NCBI GenBank assembly: GCA_018654605.1
Contig: JABILG010000018.1
Span: 24,702-88,701, forward strand
Origin: a bacterium
Lineage (GTDB): Bacteria > Desulfobacterota_D > UBA1144
Reading direction: 5' to 3'
Length of the DNA stretch: 64,000 nucleotides
Part shown: positions 50,081 to 63,143 of the stretch, piece after piece
Position numbering within the stretch: the stretch's first letter is position 1
Layout of the letters: each line of letters starts with the position of its first letter
Made by a program: the position numbers and the translations under genes
Notes under the pieces: model-generated
The model's input: the letters and a program-made list of their open reading frames with translations, nothing else
Told to the model about the DNA's origin: nothing
Databases searched by the model: none

Positions 50081-53000
50081 TTACGTTTTAGTAGGCGGAA
50101 TTTCTATCTCAGGCGCATTAACTTCTACATCAGTATTTGAATAGATAGGAAGTCCAGTACCTGCTGGAATTAATCGACCCATAATAACATTCTCTTTTAA
50201 ACCTTTTAAATGGTCAACTCTGCCTTCACATGAAGCATCTGTTAAAACCTTAGTTGTTTCTTGGAACGACGCTGCTGACAACCAACTTTTAGTGCTTAAA
50301 GAAGCTCGAGTTATTCCTAAGAGTAGTGGCTCTGCTTGTGCAGGATTCCCGTTTTCCGCAATAATTTTTTCATTTGTTAATATAAATTCATTCTTATCTA
50401 CAGCTTCTCCAACCAGCAAGGTAGTGTCGCCACTATCGACAATTTTAACTCGCTTAAGCATCTGCCTTGTTATTACTTCAATGTGTTTATCGTTAATTCT
50501 GACTCCTTGTAATCTATAAACATCTTGGATTTCATCAACTATATATCTTGCTAATTCAATCTCACCTTTAATTTTGAGGATATCATGAGGATCCGGAGCG
50601 CCATCTACAATTTGATCACCAGAAGTAATTCTTTCACCTTCTCTAACAAGGATGTGCTTAGCTTTGGGGACCATGTACTCTTTCGGATCTCCAATATCTG
50701 GGGTAACAATGATTCTTTTTTTAGATTTTATATCTTTTCCAAACGAAACAACACCTTCTATCTCAGATATAACTGCTGGGTCTTTTGGAGGTCTTGCTTC
50801 AAATAATTCAGCAACTCTAGGGAGGCCGCCAGTAATATCTTTTGTCTGAGTCTTCTGGTTAGCTAATGTTGCAATAAAATCACCCGGAGATGTTTTTTCT
50901 CCATCATCTTTCCTAATTTCCGAACCCTTAGGTAGAGGATATTCAACTCTAGTACCACTCTTACCGACTAAAATTAATGATGGATTTAATTTTTGATCCT
51001 TATATTGAATAACTTCTCTAACAGAAAGTCCTGTAAATTGGTCAACTGTTTCTTTGAATGACATATTTGGTTCCAAATCTTTATACTCAATATGACCTTC
51101 TTCTTCTGCAATAAATGGATATATAGTAGGATCCCATTCTGCTAGAAGAGATCCTGCTTTAACTTTGTCCCCGTCATTAGCATATATTTTTGCCCCAATA
51201 GTAATTGGGTACCTCTCAAGCTCTAAAGATGTATTAGAATCCTCAATAACAATCTCAGCTGACTTACTTGTACAAATATTTATTTTTTTATTAGATATGA
51301 AATTCATATCAACATATCTGATTTTTCCTGAATTTTTTGTTTCATGTCTAGACTGGTCTACTTTAGCTACGCCCCCAATATGAAAAGTCCTCATAGTAAG
51401 CTGCGTTCCAGGTTCACCTATTGATTGTGCTGCGATTATACCAACTGCTTCGCCGGTATTTACAATCTGTCCGCTTGCAAGATTTCTTCCATAACATAGT
51501 GAACAGCAACCACTTTTTGTAGAACAAGTTAATACTGATCTGATACTGACTCTTAACGAGCCAGGAACAGCATCAATTTTCAATGCAATAGCCTCATCTA
51601 CTTCTTGATTTCTTGAAGCAATCAATTCACCATTTAGGGGGTCAACAACATCTTCAGCTAGAATCCTACCAAGTGTTCTTTCACCAACACCTGCTACTAC
51701 CTCGCCACCTTCAACTAATTGTGAAACTTCTAACCCTTCTGATGTTGCGCAATCAAATTCATTAACCATCATTTCTTGAGCTACATCAACCAACCTTCTC
51801 GTTAAATAACCAGCATTAGCGGTTTTAAGAGCTGTATCTGCAAGACCTTTCCTTGCTCCGTGTGTAGATATAAAATACTGAAGAACTGATAATCCTTCTC
51901 TAAAGTTTGATGTTATAGGTGTTTCTATAATATCACCAGAGGGCTTAGCCATTAAGCCTCTCATTCCAGCCAATTGTCGAACTTGAGACTGACTTCCTCT
52001 AGCTCCCGACTCAACCATCATAAAAATTGGGTTATTACTTGGTTGTTTTGATCCATCAGAAAGTTCTTTAGCTTTTGATATTTTACTCATTAAAATATCA
52101 CCAATTGTATCCCCTGTTCTTGCCCAGACATCGATAACCTTATTGTACCTTTCACCATCTGTAATTAGTCCTTGAAGGTATTGATCTTGAATACTCTGAA
52201 CATTTATATTTGCTTCGTTTATTAAGACATCTTTTTCTTTTGGAATTGTCATATCAGCTATAGATACAGAAATGCCTGAAGTTGTAGAATGCTTGAAGCC
52301 TAAAGTTCTCAGCCTATCTGCTAGTAAAACTGTACTTTTTCCTCCAGAAACTCTAAATGTTGTATCTACTAAATCTTCAATTGCTTTTTTTGTCATTAGC
52401 CTATTAACTAGGTGAAAAGGTACCTCTTTTGGCATTACTTCAAAAATTAGCGCTCTGCCCACAGTGGTATCCTCAACTACACCATTAATTTTAATTTTAA
52501 TTTTTGTATGAATTTGAATCTGATTAAGATCAAAAACGAATCTTAATTCTTCAATAGAACTGAAAGCTTTACCTTCTCCTGGCAATCCAGGTACTTCTCT
52601 ACTCATATAATAAATACCTAGAACTATGTCTTGTGAAGGTAAGATAATTGGCTTTCCGTGTGCTGGTGACAGTATGTTGTTAGTAGACATCACAAGAGTC
52701 CTACATTCAGTCTGAGCCTCAACAGAAAGCGGAACATGGACAGCCATTTGGTCACCATCAAAATCTGCATTAAATGCAGGGCAAACTAAAGGATGAAGCT
52801 GTATAGCTTTATCTTCTACTAAGACTGGCTCAAAAGCTTGAATGCTTAATCTATGAAGAGTTGGTGCTCTATTTAACATTACTGGATGTTCTTTTATGAC
52901 ATCATCTAAGGCATCCCAGACTATTGGTGCTTGTTGTTCTACAAGATTTTTTGCAATCTTGATAGTTGCTGCATGATTCCATAATTCTAATTTTTGATAA

Positions 53001-54139
53001 ATAAACGGTCTAAAAAGTTCTAATGCCATTTTCTTTGGAAGTCCACATTGATGAAGTTTTAACTGAGGTCCTACAACAATTACTGACCTTCCAGAATAAT
53101 CTACTCTTTTTCCCAATAAATTCTGACGGAATCTTCCTTGTTTCCCTTTTATTATATCGCTTAAACTCTTAAGAGGTCTATGGTTGTGACCTAAAACTGG
53201 CCTACCTCTTCTTCCATTCTCGAATAAAGCATCGACAGATTCTTGAAGCATCCTCTTTTCATTTCTTACAATAATATCAGGTGCACCTAGTTCCATAAGT
53301 TTTTTCAGCCTATTGTTCCTATTTATTACCCTTCTATACAAATCATTTAAATCTGAAGTAGCAAATCTTCCTCCGTCTAAGGGAACCAAGGGTCTTAAGT
53401 CTGGTGGTAGTACTGGTAACCTTTTTAAAATCATCCACTCAGGCCTATTCCCTGAATTTCTAAATGATTCAGCCACTCTTAATCTTTTGGAGATTTTAAC
53501 TCTCTTAAGTGGAGATGCTGTTGCTTTGAGTTCTTCTTTAAGCGTAGTTGACAACTCTTCTAGATTTACATCTTCCAGCATTGTCCTGATAGCCTCAGCT
53601 CCCATTCCAACTAATAGAAAGAAATTGTCATCAATATAAGTTCTATACTGCTCCTCTGATATCACGGTACCTTTTTTAAGGTCTGAATCTCCGGGATCAG
53701 TTACGACATAAGCCTCAAAATATAAAACCTTTTCTAAATCTTTTAATGTGATATCAAGAATTGAGCCTATCCTGCTCGGAACACTTTTAAGAAACCATAT
53801 ATGGGCAACTGGAGAAGAAAGTTCAACATGAGCCATTCTTGACCTTCTAACTTTGCTTGAAATAACTTCAACACCGCATTTCTCGCAAGTTATTCCTCTG
53901 TGTTTAAGTCTCTTATATTTTCCACATAAACATTCAAAATCCTTTACAGGTCCAAAGATTTTACAACAAAATAGTCCGTATTTCTCAGGTTTAAAAGTTC
54001 TATAATTTATAGTTTCTGGTTTTTTTATTTCACCATATGACCAATCTTTTATTTGATCAGGAGATGCGATACTAATTCTTATAGAATCAATATCACCAGG
54101 ATTTTTTGGTTTGTCGAATAATACACCCATATCAATCAT
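50081..54139 (-). CDS. rpoC: DNA-directed RNA polymerase subunit beta-prime
   Basis: The ORF runs to 54175 (GTG start). The Met at 54139 has an AGGAG Shine-Dalgarno 9 nt upstream and aligns with the RpoC N-terminus ([27 protein letters not shown]). Confidence 0.9.
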   Translation of the reverse strand: MIDMGVLFDKPKNPGDIDSIRISIASPDQIKDWSYGEIKKPETINYRTFKPEKYGLFCCKIFGPVKDFECLCGKYKRLKHRGITCEKCGVEVISSKVRRSRMAHVELSSPVAHIWFLKSVPSRIGSILDITLKDLEKVLYFEAYVVTDPGDSDLKKGTVISEEQYRTYIDDNFFLLVGMGAEAIRTMLEDVNLEELSTTLKEELKATASPLKRVKISKRLRVAESFRNSGNRPEWMILKRLPVLPPDLRPLVPLDGGRFATSDLNDLYRRVINRNNRLKKLMELGAPDIIVRNEKRMLQESVDALFENGRRGRPVLGHNHRPLKSLSDIIKGKQGRFRQNLLGKRVDYSGRSVIVVGPQLKLHQCGLPKKMALELFRPFIYQKLELWNHAATIKIAKNLVEQQAPIVWDALDDVIKEHPVMLNRAPTLHRLSIQAFEPVLVEDKAIQLHPLVCPAFNADFDGDQMAVHVPLSVEAQTECRTLVMSTNNILSPAHGKPIILPSQDIVLGIYYMSREVPGLPGEGKAFSSIEELRFVFDLNQIQIHTKIKIKINGVVEDTTVGRALIFEVMPKEVPFHLVNRLMTKKAIEDLVDTTFRVSGGKSTVLLADRLRTLGFKHSTTSGISVSIADMTIPKEKDVLINEANINVQSIQDQYLQGLITDGERYNKVIDVWARTGDTIGDILMSKISKAKELSDGSKQPSNNPIFMMVESGARGSQSQVRQLAGMRGLMAKPSGDIIETPITSNFREGLSVLQYFISTHGARKGLADTALKTANAGYLTRRLVDVAQEMMVNEFDCATSEGLEVSQLVEGGEVVAGVGERTLGRILAEDVVDPLNGELIASRNQEVDEAIALKIDAVPGSLRVSIRSVLTCSTKSGCCSLCYGRNLASGQIVNTGEAVGIIAAQSIGEPGTQLTMRTFHIGGVAKVDQSRHETKNSGKIRYVDMNFISNKKINICTSKSAEIVIEDSNTSLELERYPITIGAKIYANDGDKVKAGSLLAEWDPTIYPFIAEEEGHIEYKDLEPNMSFKETVDQFTGLSVREVIQYKDQKLNPSLILVGKSGTRVEYPLPKGSEIRKDDGEKTSPGDFIATLANQKTQTKDITGGLPRVAELFEARPPKDPAVISEIEGVVSFGKDIKSKKRIIVTPDIGDPKEYMVPKAKHILVREGERITSGDQIVDGAPDPHDILKIKGEIELARYIVDEIQDVYRLQGVRINDKHIEVITRQMLKRVKIVDSGDTTLLVGEAVDKNEFILTNEKIIAENGNPAQAEPLLLGITRASLSTKSWLSAASFQETTKVLTDASCEGRVDHLKGLKENVIMGRLIPAGTGLPIYSNTDVEVNAPEIEIPPTKT

Positions 54140-57100
54140 TAGATACTTCTCCTGAGACTTTATCTTTTTTGTCACCTAATTCTATATTTAAACCTAAAGA
54201 TTTTAGTTCATTAGTTAATACATTAAATGATTCAGGAATACCTGGTTCAAAAGCAACTTTATTTTTCACAATTGAATCAAACAATCTGGTCCTTCCAATA
54301 ACATCATCTGACTTAACAGTTAAAAATTCTTGTAAAGTGTTTGCAGCGCCATACGCTTCAAGTGCCCAAACTTCCATCTCACCAAGTCTTTGTCCACCAA
54401 AGTGAGACTTGCCACCCAGAGGTTGCTGCGTGACCAATGAATAAGGTCCTATAGCACGAGCGTGTATCTTTTCTTCAACTAAATGGTGAAGTTTTATCAT
54501 ATACATAATTCCTACAGTAACTCTTTGATCAAATGGTTCACCTGTTTGTCCGTTAAACAATACTAATTTGCCATCTTCAGGTAAATGATTGTCTTTCAAT
54601 AAGTCTCTGATCTCAGACTCTTTTACTCCTTCAAATATTGGTGTTTCAACAGGAACCCCGTCTACTAACCTTTTAGATAAATCTAGCAATTCTTCTTTGT
54701 TAAGCTTTTTAACATTATTTATATAATCTAGATTGTTTGGGTATATCTTTTCTAATAAACTTTTTAAGCTCTCTATTTCAGAATGATTTTTTGCTAAATG
54801 TTCATCAATCTGACGACCTAAGGACTTAGATGCCAATCCTAAATGTGTCTCTAAGACCTGTCCAACATTCATTCTGGATGGCACACCTAAAGGGTTAAGT
54901 ACCATGTCTACAGGTGTTCCATCTGACATGTAGGGCATATCTTCTTCTGGAAGTACTCTAGATACGACACCCTTATTTCCATGTCTCCCGGCCATCTTAT
55001 CACCAACTTGATGCTTCCTTTTCACAGCAACATATACTTTAACTACTTTAAGCACTCCAGGAGGTAGGTCATCCGGTTTAGACAACTTCTCTATCATTTC
55101 AGAATACCTAGAAAGTATACTTCTCATTTTTTCTTCTGATATCTTTAATATTTCTTCAATTTCTTTAATATGACTCGATTTCTTGTCAAACTCAATCGTT
55201 TGAATCTTTTCATAAGGTACTAATGCAAAGTTCTCTTCATCAATCACAGCTTCTTTCTTAAGAACAACTTTTCTTCCATCTCTAACAGCATTAATGTTTA
55301 CTTTAGAAATAAATATCTTTTTTAAATTATTTCGAGTTTCAACCTGAACAATATTAATTTCTTGTTCTTGTTCTTTTTTTAATTCAAGAACTTCTGGTGA
55401 ACCAGACCTTGATTGATCTTGTTTGTCTCCAATTCTAGAAATTAAATGTTTTACATCAAGAACTATACCATTAACACCTGGTGGAACTCTAAGCGAAGTG
55501 TCCTTAACATCTCCTGCCTTATCACCAAAAATTGCCCTTAATAGTCTTTCCTCAGGTGAAAGTTGTGTTTCACCTTTGGGTGATATCTTTCCAACTAAAA
55601 TATCGTTAGGTTTAACTTCTGCACCAATCTGAATTACTCCCTCTTTATCTAAGAAGGATAAATGCTCTTCGTTTACGTTTGGAATATCTCTAGTGATTTC
55701 TTCCTTGCCTAACTTTGTTTCTCTTGATATACATTCAAATTCTTCAATATGAAGCGAAGTGAAGGTATCTTGCTTTGCCAATTTTTCGCTTATTAAAATA
55801 GCATCCTCGAAGTTATATCCACCCCATGGCATGAATGCTACTGTTATATTCTTTCCTAAAGCAAGCTCCCCATACTCAGTTGATGGACCGTCAGCTATTA
55901 TATCACCGGCTTTAATCTTCTGTCCTCTTTTAACTATTGGCTTTTGATTCCAGCATGTATTTTGGTTGGATCTTTCAAATTTAATCAATGAATAAATATC
56001 TGAAACATCTCCATCTTCAGATGTCTGATCTCTTCTAATAACAATTTTTGAGGAATCAATATAGTCAACATACCCTGAGTTTCTTGCGAGAACAGTCACT
56101 CCAGAGTCTCTAGAAATATTTCTTTCGAAACCTGTTCCAACTAATGGCGCGGAGGCTCTTAAGAGAGGAACTGCTTGTCTCTGCATATTAGAACCCATAA
56201 GAGCTCTATTTGCATCGTCATGTTCTAAGAAAGGAATAAGCGACGCTGATACAGATACAAGCTGAGAAGGTGAAACGTCCATTAATTGGGCATCTTCCTT
56301 AGGTACAACCTGAAATTCTCCTTTAATTCTTACAGATATAGTATCATTTGAAAAACTATTGTCTTCATTCAGTTCCGAATTAGCTTGGGCTATAACATAA
56401 CTTTCTTCTTCGAGTGCATTTAAAAATTTTATATTGTTAGTGACTTTACCGTTAGTAATCTCTCTGTAAGGTGTTTGTATAAATCCATGCTCATTAATTT
56501 TAGCATAAGTACTTAAGCTCGATATAAGTCCAATATTAGGTCCTTCTGGTGTTTCAATTGGACATATCCTTCCATAGTGAGAAGAATGAACATCTCTAAC
56601 TTCAAAGCCTGCCCTTTCCCTAGTTAATCCTCCAGGGCCAAGCGCACTAATTCTTCTTTTATGTGTAATCTCAGATAAAGGATTTGTTTGGTCCATAAAC
56701 TGAGACAATTGACCAGTAGCAAAAAATTCCTTCACTACAGAAGTAACACTCTTAGGGATTACAATCTCTTGGGGCGTTAAATCTTCTAATTGGCCATAAT
56801 TCATTTTTTCTTTAGTTGTTCTCGTTAATCTTTCAACACCAGTAAAGAATCTATCTTCTATAAGTTCGCCAACAGTTCTAACTCTTCTGTTCCCTAGGTG
56901 ATCAATATCATCTACTTCACCCCTACCTGACTTAAGTGCTAATAGATATTTAAAGGATTCAATTATATCTAATCTATCAAGATGGAATTTATTATTTCCA
57001 ATTCCATGATTCAGCTTATGATTTATCTTCATTCTTCCAACTTTTGAAAGTCTATATGTATCCTCGTTGAAGAACATATTCTCAAAGAAAGTAGCAGCAA

Positions 57101-58313
57101 TTTTATCTGTTGGTGGGTCAGTGGGTCTGAATTTCTTATATATTTCTGATATTGCATGTTCCTTAGTTATAACTTTTGTTTTAGAAATCATTTCATTAAT
57201 TGTAAGAACAAGTGAACTAGTAAATGAGCTATTATCTATATAGTAAATATCAAATTTAGTAATTTTATTTTCTTTAATAAATGCAATAGTATCTTCAGTT
57301 ACCTCTTGAATTAATGAATTCTCAACTGCCTCAGGTTCTTCAGTATTTTTCTGAAAACTCTCTACTAAATACATACCGACTAAGTCGTCCTCATTTATCG
57401 GCAAAGATTTTAATTTAGCTGATTTTATTTTTCCAATCACTCTTTCAGAGAACCTTCTAGAAGCACTAACTATTCTTTCGCCAGTATCAGGGTCAAGTAT
57501 ATCAACAGAGGCTCTTTGATAAGGAAGGAGGCTTTGATTAATATCTTTTTTAAAGGTATCAGTTACGGGATCATAATTAACTTTTTCATGTGAGTAGAAA
57601 GAATTAAGTATGCCTTCTATTGATTCACCAAGCGCTAGTAACAATAAAGTTGAATGAAATTTCTTTTTTCTATCAATCCTTACATGTAAAACATCTTTTG
57701 AATCAAATTCAAAATCTAACCATCGACCATCTTGAGGAACTATCCTTGCAGTAAAAGATGTTTTATTTGTAGTTGTTAGATTTTTAGAGTCTTTTTGAGA
57801 ATCAAAGAAAACTCCTGGTGACCTATGTAATTGATTAACTATAACCCTCTCAGTTCCATTAATAATAAAGGCACCGTTAGTTGTCATAATTGGTATTTCT
57901 CCAAAATAAACTTCTTGCTCTATAGCTCTTCCAAATCTTCTTGTTTCAATGATATTATTTCCAGCCTCATCTAAATCAAACTCCCATGTAACCAATTGGA
58001 AAGTTGCATGAATTGAAGATTGATAATTGTATCCCTTTAGCTTACATTCGGATTCTGAATGCTTAGGATCTTCCAATCGATAGGAAACATAATTTAGCGT
58101 AGCTCTCTTATTATAATCTTCAATTGGAAAAGAAGACTTGAAAACCTTCTCCAGGCCGGAATTTAGCCTATTTTTAGGGTCTAACCCCTTCTGAATTAAG
58201 TTATCAAAAGACTCCTTTTGAACACTCAACAAATCAGGTGTATCTGTCCTATTCTCAGACTTATTACTAAAATTTATTCTTTTCTTTGTTAAAAGTATAT
58301 TATCTTTATACAA
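54132..58313 (-). CDS. rpoB: DNA-directed RNA polymerase subunit beta
   Basis: 1393 aa. Confidence 0.95.
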   Translation of the reverse strand: MYKDNILLTKKRINFSNKSENRTDTPDLLSVQKESFDNLIQKGLDPKNRLNSGLEKVFKSSFPIEDYNKRATLNYVSYRLEDPKHSESECKLKGYNYQSSIHATFQLVTWEFDLDEAGNNIIETRRFGRAIEQEVYFGEIPIMTTNGAFIINGTERVIVNQLHRSPGVFFDSQKDSKNLTTTNKTSFTARIVPQDGRWLDFEFDSKDVLHVRIDRKKKFHSTLLLLALGESIEGILNSFYSHEKVNYDPVTDTFKKDINQSLLPYQRASVDILDPDTGERIVSASRRFSERVIGKIKSAKLKSLPINEDDLVGMYLVESFQKNTEEPEAVENSLIQEVTEDTIAFIKENKITKFDIYYIDNSSFTSSLVLTINEMISKTKVITKEHAISEIYKKFRPTDPPTDKIAATFFENMFFNEDTYRLSKVGRMKINHKLNHGIGNNKFHLDRLDIIESFKYLLALKSGRGEVDDIDHLGNRRVRTVGELIEDRFFTGVERLTRTTKEKMNYGQLEDLTPQEIVIPKSVTSVVKEFFATGQLSQFMDQTNPLSEITHKRRISALGPGGLTRERAGFEVRDVHSSHYGRICPIETPEGPNIGLISSLSTYAKINEHGFIQTPYREITNGKVTNNIKFLNALEEESYVIAQANSELNEDNSFSNDTISVRIKGEFQVVPKEDAQLMDVSPSQLVSVSASLIPFLEHDDANRALMGSNMQRQAVPLLRASAPLVGTGFERNISRDSGVTVLARNSGYVDYIDSSKIVIRRDQTSEDGDVSDIYSLIKFERSNQNTCWNQKPIVKRGQKIKAGDIIADGPSTEYGELALGKNITVAFMPWGGYNFEDAILISEKLAKQDTFTSLHIEEFECISRETKLGKEEITRDIPNVNEEHLSFLDKEGVIQIGAEVKPNDILVGKISPKGETQLSPEERLLRAIFGDKAGDVKDTSLRVPPGVNGIVLDVKHLISRIGDKQDQSRSGSPEVLELKKEQEQEINIVQVETRNNLKKIFISKVNINAVRDGRKVVLKKEAVIDEENFALVPYEKIQTIEFDKKSSHIKEIEEILKISEEKMRSILSRYSEMIEKLSKPDDLPPGVLKVVKVYVAVKRKHQVGDKMAGRHGNKGVVSRVLPEEDMPYMSDGTPVDMVLNPLGVPSRMNVGQVLETHLGLASKSLGRQIDEHLAKNHSEIESLKSLLEKIYPNNLDYINNVKKLNKEELLDLSKRLVDGVPVETPIFEGVKESEIRDLLKDNHLPEDGKLVLFNGQTGEPFDQRVTVGIMYMIKLHHLVEEKIHARAIGPYSLVTQQPLGGKSHFGGQRLGEMEVWALEAYGAANTLQEFLTVKSDDVIGRTRLFDSIVKNKVAFEPGIPESFNVLTNELKSLGLNIELGDKKDKVSGEVSND

Positions 58314-58352
58314 AAAGTACTCTCCTTGGATTAAACAAAATGTAGACTAAGA

Positions 58353-58739
58353 CTAAGCTAATGTTACTTTAGCGCCAACTTCTTCGAGTCTTTTCTTCAT
58401 TTCCTCTGCTTCCTCTTTCTTAACCGCTTCTTTAAGTGGTTTAGGTGCAGATTCTACAAGCTCTTTTGCTTCTTTTAATCCAAGAGCAGTAATTTCTCTA
58501 ACAATCTTAATAACCTTGATCTTTTCAGATCCAGCCTCAGCTAAGGTTATATCAAATTCTGTTTTTTCAACAGCGGGAGCGTCTCCCCCAGCAGCTGGTG
58601 CTGCAGCGGCAGCAACTGCAACTGGTGCAGCAGCTTCTACTCCAAATTTTTCTTCTATATCTTTTACTAGCTCTGAAATTTCCAGCAGGCTAGCTTTCTC
58701 TAGATAAGTAATAACGTCTTGTTTTGATAGTTCAGGCAT
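58353..58739 (-). CDS. rplL: 50S ribosomal protein L7/L12
   Basis: 128 aa with an Ala-rich hinge. Confidence 0.9.
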   Translation of the reverse strand: MPELSKQDVITYLEKASLLEISELVKDIEEKFGVEAAAPVAVAAAAAPAAGGDAPAVEKTEFDITLAEAGSEKIKVIKIVREITALGLKEAKELVESAPKPLKEAVKKEEAEEMKKRLEEVGAKVTLA

Positions 58740-58776
58740 AAAAGTCCTCCAAATATTGAATTCGTATTATATACGT

Positions 58777-59292
58777 TTATTTTTTATCTTTCAAGTTATT
58801 TAAAACATTTACTAAGTTTCTAGGAATTGCCTGAGATACATTAATAAATTTAATAATAGGCTGATTAAGCATTGAAATCATTTGACTAATTAGAATCTCT
58901 CTCGATGGCAATTTAGATATCTTCTCCAATTCAGTCTTATCCAGAGACTTTCCTTCAATAAAACCAACTCGAATTTCTAGGTTTGGATGGTCCTTCTCTA
59001 TCTCAACAAATGTTTTTGTGACTTCGACATAATTCTCTTCTAAAAAAGTAATAGCAGTTTCGCCAACTGAATCTGTGAAGATTGATTCAAAATCCGTATT
59101 TTCAGAAGCTTTCTTTAGTAGATTATTTTTTACAACTGTTAATACAGCATTGTTATCTCTAAGCTTCTTTCTTAAAAGCTCGAATTCAGACACTTTTGCA
59201 CCCCTAAAGTTTACTAATAGAAACGAAGGTGTATCTGAAAATGAGCTTTTAAAGTTGCTTACGATTTGCTCTTTTTGTTCTTTTCCTAACAT
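58777..59292 (-). CDS. rplJ: 50S ribosomal protein L10
   Basis: 171 aa. Confidence 0.85.
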   Translation of the reverse strand: MLGKEQKEQIVSNFKSSFSDTPSFLLVNFRGAKVSEFELLRKKLRDNNAVLTVVKNNLLKKASENTDFESIFTDSVGETAITFLEENYVEVTKTFVEIEKDHPNLEIRVGFIEGKSLDKTELEKISKLPSREILISQMISMLNQPIIKFINVSQAIPRNLVNVLNNLKDKK

Positions 59293-59296
59293 TATA

Positions 59297-60031
59297 CTAA
59301 ACTACAACTCCATCATATTTCTTAAGTTCTTCTTTCAGTAATGAAATATCAATTTTAAAACCTGGTCCCATCGTGCTTGAAACACTCACCTTCTTAAGAT
59401 AGTTGCCTTTGGAAGATGCAGGCTTAGACTTATTCAATGACTGAACTAAGAAGTATAGATTATCCATAATTTTTGCAAATTCAAATGATTTTTTACCACA
59501 AGGGAAATTTACCAATCCTAGCTTATCATTTTTTATCTCCACTCTACCTGCTTTTGCATCTTTAATAGCCTTTTCAACGTTATTAGTTACGGTTCCCATT
59601 TTAGGACTAGGCATTAAACCCTTAGGTCCTAGAACTTGGCCTAACTTGGCAATCTTTGGCATCAACTCTGGAATTGCAATTACTACATCAAAACCTGTCC
59701 ATTTCTCAGCAATAATCTTTTCAATAATATCCTCTGCTCCAACAAAGTCAGCTCCTGATTCTTCGGCTTTCTTTGTATGTTCACCATTACAGATTACTAA
59801 AATCTTAGTCTTTTTACCTAATGGGTTTGGTGGAACAGTTGCTATCTTTATTTGCTGGTCATTCTTTTTAGGATCTATACCAAGCTGAATAGACAAATCT
59901 ATGGTTTCATCAAACTTTGAGGTTTTAAGACTTTTAATTATCTCAACTGCTTCACTCGGTGAGTAGTATTTATTCTTATCAACTCTTTCATCTTCTGTTA
60001 CGATTTTTTTATTTTTACTTATTTTCATCAC
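59297..60031 (-). CDS. rplA: 50S ribosomal protein L1
   Basis: 244 aa. Confidence 0.9.
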   Translation of the reverse strand: MMKISKNKKIVTEDERVDKNKYYSPSEAVEIIKSLKTSKFDETIDLSIQLGIDPKKNDQQIKIATVPPNPLGKKTKILVICNGEHTKKAEESGADFVGAEDIIEKIIAEKWTGFDVVIAIPELMPKIAKLGQVLGPKGLMPSPKMGTVTNNVEKAIKDAKAGRVEIKNDKLGLVNFPCGKKSFEFAKIMDNLYFLVQSLNKSKPASSKGNYLKKVSVSSTMGPGFKIDISLLKEELKKYDGVVV

Positions 60032-60036
60032 TTCAC

Positions 60037-60456
60037 CTATCCTTTTACTTCAACTCCCATACTTCTCGCTGTACCCTCTACAATCTTTTTTGCAGCGTCT
60101 ATATCATTAGCATTTATATCATCCATCTTGGTTTTTGCAATTTCCTCCAACTGACTTTCTGATATTTTACCAACTTTGACTAAGGGGACAGTACTTGAAC
60201 CTTTTTCAATCTTAGCAGCTTTTTTAATCAAATATGACACTGGAGGAGTCTTGACTATAAAAGAAAAGGATTTGTCAGCATAAACTGTTACAACTACTGG
60301 TAGCAACCCTTCCAGCTTATCCGTTTGAGCATTGAAAGCTTTACAGAACTCCATTATGTTTATACCTTTTTGCCCTAGAGCTGGACCTATAGGTGGTGCC
60401 GGCGATGCTTTTCCTGCTTCGCATAATAATTTTAAAGATCCTTGAACTTTTTTCAT
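60037..60456 (-). CDS. rplK: 50S ribosomal protein L11
   Basis: 139 aa ([25 protein letters not shown]). Confidence 0.9.
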   Translation of the reverse strand: MKKVQGSLKLLCEAGKASPAPPIGPALGQKGINIMEFCKAFNAQTDKLEGLLPVVVTVYADKSFSFIVKTPPVSYLIKKAAKIEKGSSTVPLVKVGKISESQLEEIAKTKMDDINANDIDAAKKIVEGTARSMGVEVKG

Positions 60457-61014
60457 TTAAATTTTCTCCACTTGGTTAAAGTCTAAATCTATAGGTGTTG
60501 CTCTACCAAAGATTTCCACTAAAACCTGAATTTTTCCTTTTTCCATTTTAACTTCTTCTACCACGCCTGTAAAATTCTCAAAAGGTCCTTCTATTACTTT
60601 AATAGACTCTCCTTTGTCAAAAATAACTTTTGGTGTAGGTTTGAGTGTTCCCTCTTCAATTTTATTTCTCATTTTATTAATTTCAGACTCATCAACTGTG
60701 GGTACAGATTCTACCAGCAGTTTTCCATCTTTAACTTTTCCACCTACAAAGCCAATAACTTTAGGAATATTTCTCAAGAAATGCCATGACTCCTCATTCA
60801 GTTCCGTCTTAACCAAAAGATAGCCTGGGAAAAATTTCTTCTCTGATGTTTTCTTTCTTCCACCTTTAAGTTGCTCTTCAATTGTTTCAGTAGGAACAAG
60901 AATGTCAGTAATTAAATCATGACAGTTGTCCATCTTCATTTGAGTATTTATGTATCTTTTTACTGTATCTTCCGATCCAGTATTACAGTGAACAACGTAC
61001 CACTTGTCTGCCAT
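60457..61014 (-). CDS. nusG: transcription termination/antitermination factor NusG
   Basis: 185 aa with an NGN domain (KWYVVHCNTGSE) and a KOW domain. Confidence 0.9.
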   Translation of the reverse strand: MADKWYVVHCNTGSEDTVKRYINTQMKMDNCHDLITDILVPTETIEEQLKGGRKKTSEKKFFPGYLLVKTELNEESWHFLRNIPKVIGFVGGKVKDGKLLVESVPTVDESEINKMRNKIEEGTLKPTPKVIFDKGESIKVIEGPFENFTGVVEEVKMEKGKIQVLVEIFGRATPIDLDFNQVEKI

Positions 61015-61194
61015 TTATTTACCACCCAACAGTAATTCTGTTATAGAGGACAATACGAAATCAACTAGCAACAGAAAAACTCCCAATATAATAGTTACGA
61101 GGACAACTCCGCCAGTTGACTTTATATTCTCTCTCTTATTTATCCAAGAGATTTTACCTAATTCTGATTTAATATCATCAAAAAATTTTTTCAT
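61015..61194 (-). CDS. secE: preprotein translocase subunit SecE (minimal, 59 aa)
   Basis: Not in the ORF track. By manual translation the minus-strand ORF reads MKKFFDDIKSELGKISWINKRENIKSTGGVVLVTIILGVFLLLVDFVLSSITELLLGGK. It has a single TM helix and abuts the nusG start. Confidence 0.7.
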   Translation of the reverse strand: MKKFFDDIKSELGKISWINKRENIKSTGGVVLVTIILGVFLLLVDFVLSSITELLLGGK

Positions 61195-61195
61195 A

Positions 61196-61648
61196 TTACT
61201 CCGCGAAATTTATATTCTCGATTTGTTTTAATTTATTTAACCTTATATCGTGTCTTCCTGCTTCATAATCAGTTGTTAACCAAAGCTCAATTATATTCTT
61301 CGCTACATCAACTGAAACATATTTTGAACCCAAAGTTATTATATTTGAATTATTATGTGCTCTAGACATAATGGCCAAATTAACATCATTTGCAACTACA
61401 GCTCTAACATTAGGGAACTTATTTGCAACGATATTCATTCCCGAACCTGACGCACAGATTAGTATTCCTCTATGATATTGACCCTGTGAAACTTTTAAAG
61501 AAACCTCAGAAGCTGAATCAGGATAATCTGAACTTTCTTCTGAAAAAGTCCCAAAGTCCTTATAGTCAAAACCTAACTTTTGAATATAATCTTTTAAATC
61601 TTCTTTTAAACTGAAGCCTCTATGGTCAGAACCTATTGCGATTTTCAT
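61196..61648 (-). CDS. rpiB: ribose-5-phosphate isomerase B
   Basis: 150 aa, RpiB/LacAB family (MKIAIGSDHRGF). Confidence 0.8.
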   Translation of the reverse strand: MKIAIGSDHRGFSLKEDLKDYIQKLGFDYKDFGTFSEESSDYPDSASEVSLKVSQGQYHRGILICASGSGMNIVANKFPNVRAVVANDVNLAIMSRAHNNSNIITLGSKYVSVDVAKNIIELWLTTDYEAGRHDIRLNKLKQIENINFAE

Positions 61649-61650
61649 TA

Positions 61651-62886
61651 TTAATCCTCAAACTTCTTAAATATCAAAGTACAGTTAGTACCGCCAAATC
61701 CAAATGAATTACTAACAGCAATCTTTATATCTTTCTCAATCGTATTATGAGGAACGTAATTTAAATCGCAACCTTCTTGAGGATTATCCAAATTAATAGT
61801 TGGAGGCACAACTCCTTCACTAAGCGCTAGAGATGTAATTCCTGCCTCTAGTCCACCAGCTGCACCCAACAAATGTCCTGTTATAGACTTTGTAGAACTT
61901 ACTAATAATTCTTTTGAATAAGAACCAAATACTTTTTTGATTGCATTAGTCTCGTTTATATCATTTTGTTGAGTAGAAGTTCCGTGAGCATTAATGTAAT
62001 CAACTTGTTCTGGGTTAATTTTAGAATTCCTTAAAGCAGACTCCATACATATAACAGGTCCATCAATATTAGGTGAAGTAATGTGGTGAGCATCTCCACT
62101 AAAACCAGAACCTATGAGTTCTGCATATATCTTAGCTCCTCTCTTTTTAGCATGTTCGAGCTCCTCAAGTACAACCAAACCAGAACCTTCACCCATGACA
62201 AACCCATCTCTATCTTTATCAAATGGTCTGGATGCACCACTGGGATCTTCGTTTCTTGTTGAAATTGCTCTCATAACATTAAAACCTGCAATCGCTACAT
62301 GAACCAAGGGGGCCTCAGCACCACCGGCAACCATCGCAACAGCGTCACCTCTTTCAATCATCATTGCCGCATAGCCTATTGAATGTGCTCCAGCAGCACA
62401 TGCGGTACAAGCAGCACAATTTGGGCCTTTTAGATTATTAAATATTGAAACATACCCTGCAGCCATATTCGGCACCATAGATGGAACAAAGAAAGGAGAC
62501 ACTCTTTTTGGTCCTTTATCATTATAGACTAAAGTATTGTCCACAAACGTTTGTATTCCGCCTATGCCCGAGCCTATATAAGATCCAACTAAATGTGAGT
62601 TCTCGTCTGTTATCTCTAATTTTGAATCTTTTAATGCTAAAGATGCAGCTGCAACAGCAAACCTTATGAAAGGATCACTCCTTCTAGCTTCCTTAGCATC
62701 CATAAAATCTTCTGGATTAAATTCTTCCGAAACCTCAGCTCCGAACTTAGTCTTCAAGTCAGATGCATCAACTTTCTTTAAAAAATTAACCCCAGAGGTA
62801 CCCTCTTTTATTTTAGGCCAAATCTCATCAACACCTACCCCTAGGGATGACAACATTCCAATTCCAGTAATTACAACTTTCTTCAT
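61651..62886 (-). CDS. fabF: 3-oxoacyl-ACP synthase II
   Basis: 411 aa. The catalytic Cys sits in GPNCAACTACAAG and the HGTST block is present. Confidence 0.9.
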   Translation of the reverse strand: MKKVVITGIGMLSSLGVGVDEIWPKIKEGTSGVNFLKKVDASDLKTKFGAEVSEEFNPEDFMDAKEARRSDPFIRFAVAAASLALKDSKLEITDENSHLVGSYIGSGIGGIQTFVDNTLVYNDKGPKRVSPFFVPSMVPNMAAGYVSIFNNLKGPNCAACTACAAGAHSIGYAAMMIERGDAVAMVAGGAEAPLVHVAIAGFNVMRAISTRNEDPSGASRPFDKDRDGFVMGEGSGLVVLEELEHAKKRGAKIYAELIGSGFSGDAHHITSPNIDGPVICMESALRNSKINPEQVDYINAHGTSTQQNDINETNAIKKVFGSYSKELLVSSTKSITGHLLGAAGGLEAGITSLALSEGVVPPTINLDNPQEGCDLNYVPHNTIEKDIKIAVSNSFGFGGTNCTLIFKKFED

Positions 62887-62891
62887 GTCTA

Positions 62892-63131
62892 TTACTTTTG
62901 ATTCTTAATTACGTAATCGACAGCGTCGCTTACCTTAAGAATTTTTTCTGCGTCCTCATCAGCAATTTCAACACCAAATTCGTCTTCCATGCTCATAATA
63001 AGTTCAACTAGGTCTAAAGAATCAGCTCCTAGATCTTCAATAAATTGAGCATCTAGTGCTACCTCGTCTTCACTTTTACCTAATTGTTCTGCAATTAGGG
63101 CTACAACCTTCTGTTTAGTTTCTTCTGACAT
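62892..63131 (-). CDS. acpP: acyl carrier protein
   Basis: 79 aa with the DLGADSLD phosphopantetheine site. Confidence 0.9.
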   Translation of the reverse strand: MSEETKQKVVALIAEQLGKSEDEVALDAQFIEDLGADSLDLVELIMSMEDEFGVEIADEDAEKILKVSDAVDYVIKNQK

Positions 63132-63143
63132 AATAGTCCTCCA

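Noticed and set aside
50292-58707. Many 60-140-aa ORFs on the plus strand inside rpoC, rpoB and rplL (e.g. 53313..53639, 54106..54405, 58516..58707)
   Set aside because: They lie wholly antisense to long, strongly conserved genes and have low-complexity composition. The same holds for antisense ORFs inside tuf, fusA, secY, glmS, valS and others.
61004-61231. A plus-strand 75-aa ORF between nusG and rpiB
   Set aside because: The opposite strand of the same interval encodes a clean SecE (59 aa, single TM helix, contiguous with nusG), which fits the conserved secE-nusG context. The plus-strand ORF is antisense noise.
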